A stretch of 64,000 nucleotides of DNA from NCBI GenBank assembly GCA_965217585.1, contig OZ244561.1, positions 4,288,001 to 4,352,000 on the forward strand, read 5' to 3'. Of the stretch, positions 62,986 to 64,000 are shown piece after piece (within the stretch, counting starts at the first letter, position 1; the number at the start of each line of letters is the position of its first letter). The translations under genes were made by a program, and so were the position numbers. The DNA comes from Candidatus Latescibacterota bacterium (lineage in GTDB: Bacteria > Latescibacterota > UBA2968 > UBA8231). The notes under the pieces were generated by a model that was not told the DNA's origin, searched no databases, and saw only the letters and a list, made by a program, of their open reading frames with translations.

Positions 62986-64000
62986 TTAGCTCCTCTCTGC
63001 AAATTCAGGCATGGTGCGCCGCATAAAGTCATCAAACAAGGGAACGGTAAACGCCAAGTAGCCGTGCGCCGGGCTATAGATCATGCCCTTGTTGATGAGT
63101 TTCGCCCGGGTTGGCCCGATGCTGTTGATTTTCACCGACAAGCACTCTGCGACCTCACTGCCGCGTTGCGCTCCTGGGCCAAGTTCCGCCATGACGCGGA
63201 GAAACCGCTTCTCCCTCGGAGTCAGGCGATTAAAGCGAACTCGGAAAAAATTTTCGTCAAGACGCTTGGTTACGGTCGCGGAAGCGTCTTGCACGACCGC
63301 CAAGCTGATCGGCGAGACTTCGGCCCGGTTCCAAGCTTGATAACCCCATTCTTGGAGAAAGTAGGGATAGCCTTGAGTGAGACGGTATATTTCCCGGACG
63401 GCGGCTTCGTCGAACTCGACTCCGTATTGTTTGACCGGGTCTTGCAAGGCCCTGCTGGTGTCCGAATCGGAAAGTGCGCCAACGTCGGGAAAACTGAATA
63501 ACCGCTCAGCATACGATTTGGACTCGCCCGCCAAACCCGGCAGGATGGGGAGGCCGGCGCCCAGCAACACCAATGGCAGTTGGCGCTGCTGCATCCTGTG
63601 CATGGACATGATGAGTGCGCCGAGTTCCTTTTTATTGAGATACTGTATCTCGTCGATCATGACAGCTAGGCACGTCCCCTGTTCCGCCGCCGCTTCTGCC
63701 ACCGCCGTGAACAGATCAGGTAAGTCAATTTCGAGGTCGCCGCTGTCTGCGGTGCCCTTCTCCGCGTCGATGTCTAGTCCCAATTCTATCCCTTCCATCT
63801 TGACGCTGATCGTTCCGAAAAAGCCTTTGAGAACCGCCAAGGCTTGACGCGCCTTGTGCCCCGCGCCTGCCAGCCGATCCAGTTTATGCAGCAGTTGACG
63901 CAAAGGAGGGGCCAGCAGCGCACCTAACGGCTTTTGTTCGTGGGCTTCGACGAGGAGCGTACGATACCCGGCCGCTTGAGCGGTTCGCTCCATTTCGTTG
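62986..64000 (-). CDS. AAA-family ATPase with C-terminal wHTH (5' end outside the window)
   Basis: MIDEIQY (Walker B), GAGLP, TQGYPYFLQEWG, FTVPLFDDF. Confidence 0.8.
   Translation of the reverse strand, partial: NEMERTAQAAGYRTLLVEAHEQKPLGALLAPPLRQLLHKLDRLAGAGHKARQALAVLKGFFGTISVKMEGIELGLDIDAEKGTADSGDLEIDLPDLFTAVAEAAAEQGTCLAVMIDEIQYLNKKELGALIMSMHRMQQRQLPLVLLGAGLPILPGLAGESKSYAERLFSFPDVGALSDSDTSRALQDPVKQYGVEFDEAAVREIYRLTQGYPYFLQEWGYQAWNRAEVSPISLAVVQDASATVTKRLDENFFRVRFNRLTPREKRFLRVMAELGPGAQRGSEVAECLSVKINSIGPTRAKLINKGMIYSPAHGYLAFTVPLFDDFMRRTMPEFAERS

Overview
A 64 kb, mostly GC-rich bacterial chromosomal segment. The gene content (dockerin-like EF-hand secreted proteins, a FlgD-tailed secreted protein, sulfatase/BNR/Gfo-Idh-MocA/PhyH genes) suggests a Latescibacterota/Gemmatimonadota-like (FCB) organism, which is an inference only. 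Core blocks are dnaG (partial), rho-rpmE-DUF1385-prfA-prmC-radA, recA, hpt, tRNA-Val(GAC), dacA, namZ, a double-length uvrA, thpR and sppA. Two accessory regions stand out. (1) At ~14.3-23.0 kb is an integrase-less array of co-oriented small genes (methyltransferases, GNAT, SET, NUDIX, phosphotransferase, sulfotransferase). They are separated by an atypical family of attC-like sites: 6 complete, 3 left arms and 1 orphan right arm. The sites share the geometry TAAC-N7-[9-nt stem ending CG]-branched hairpins-[stem]-N4-GTTA, and four cassettes are bracketed by their own cassette-specific terminal inverted repeats. (2) At ~47.0-54.1 kb is a defence island with a fused type IIG R-M enzyme, an ATPase plus DUF3226/TOPRIM-like pair, toxin-antitoxin remnants and hicAB. 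All calls are from reading the sequence; no searches were run.
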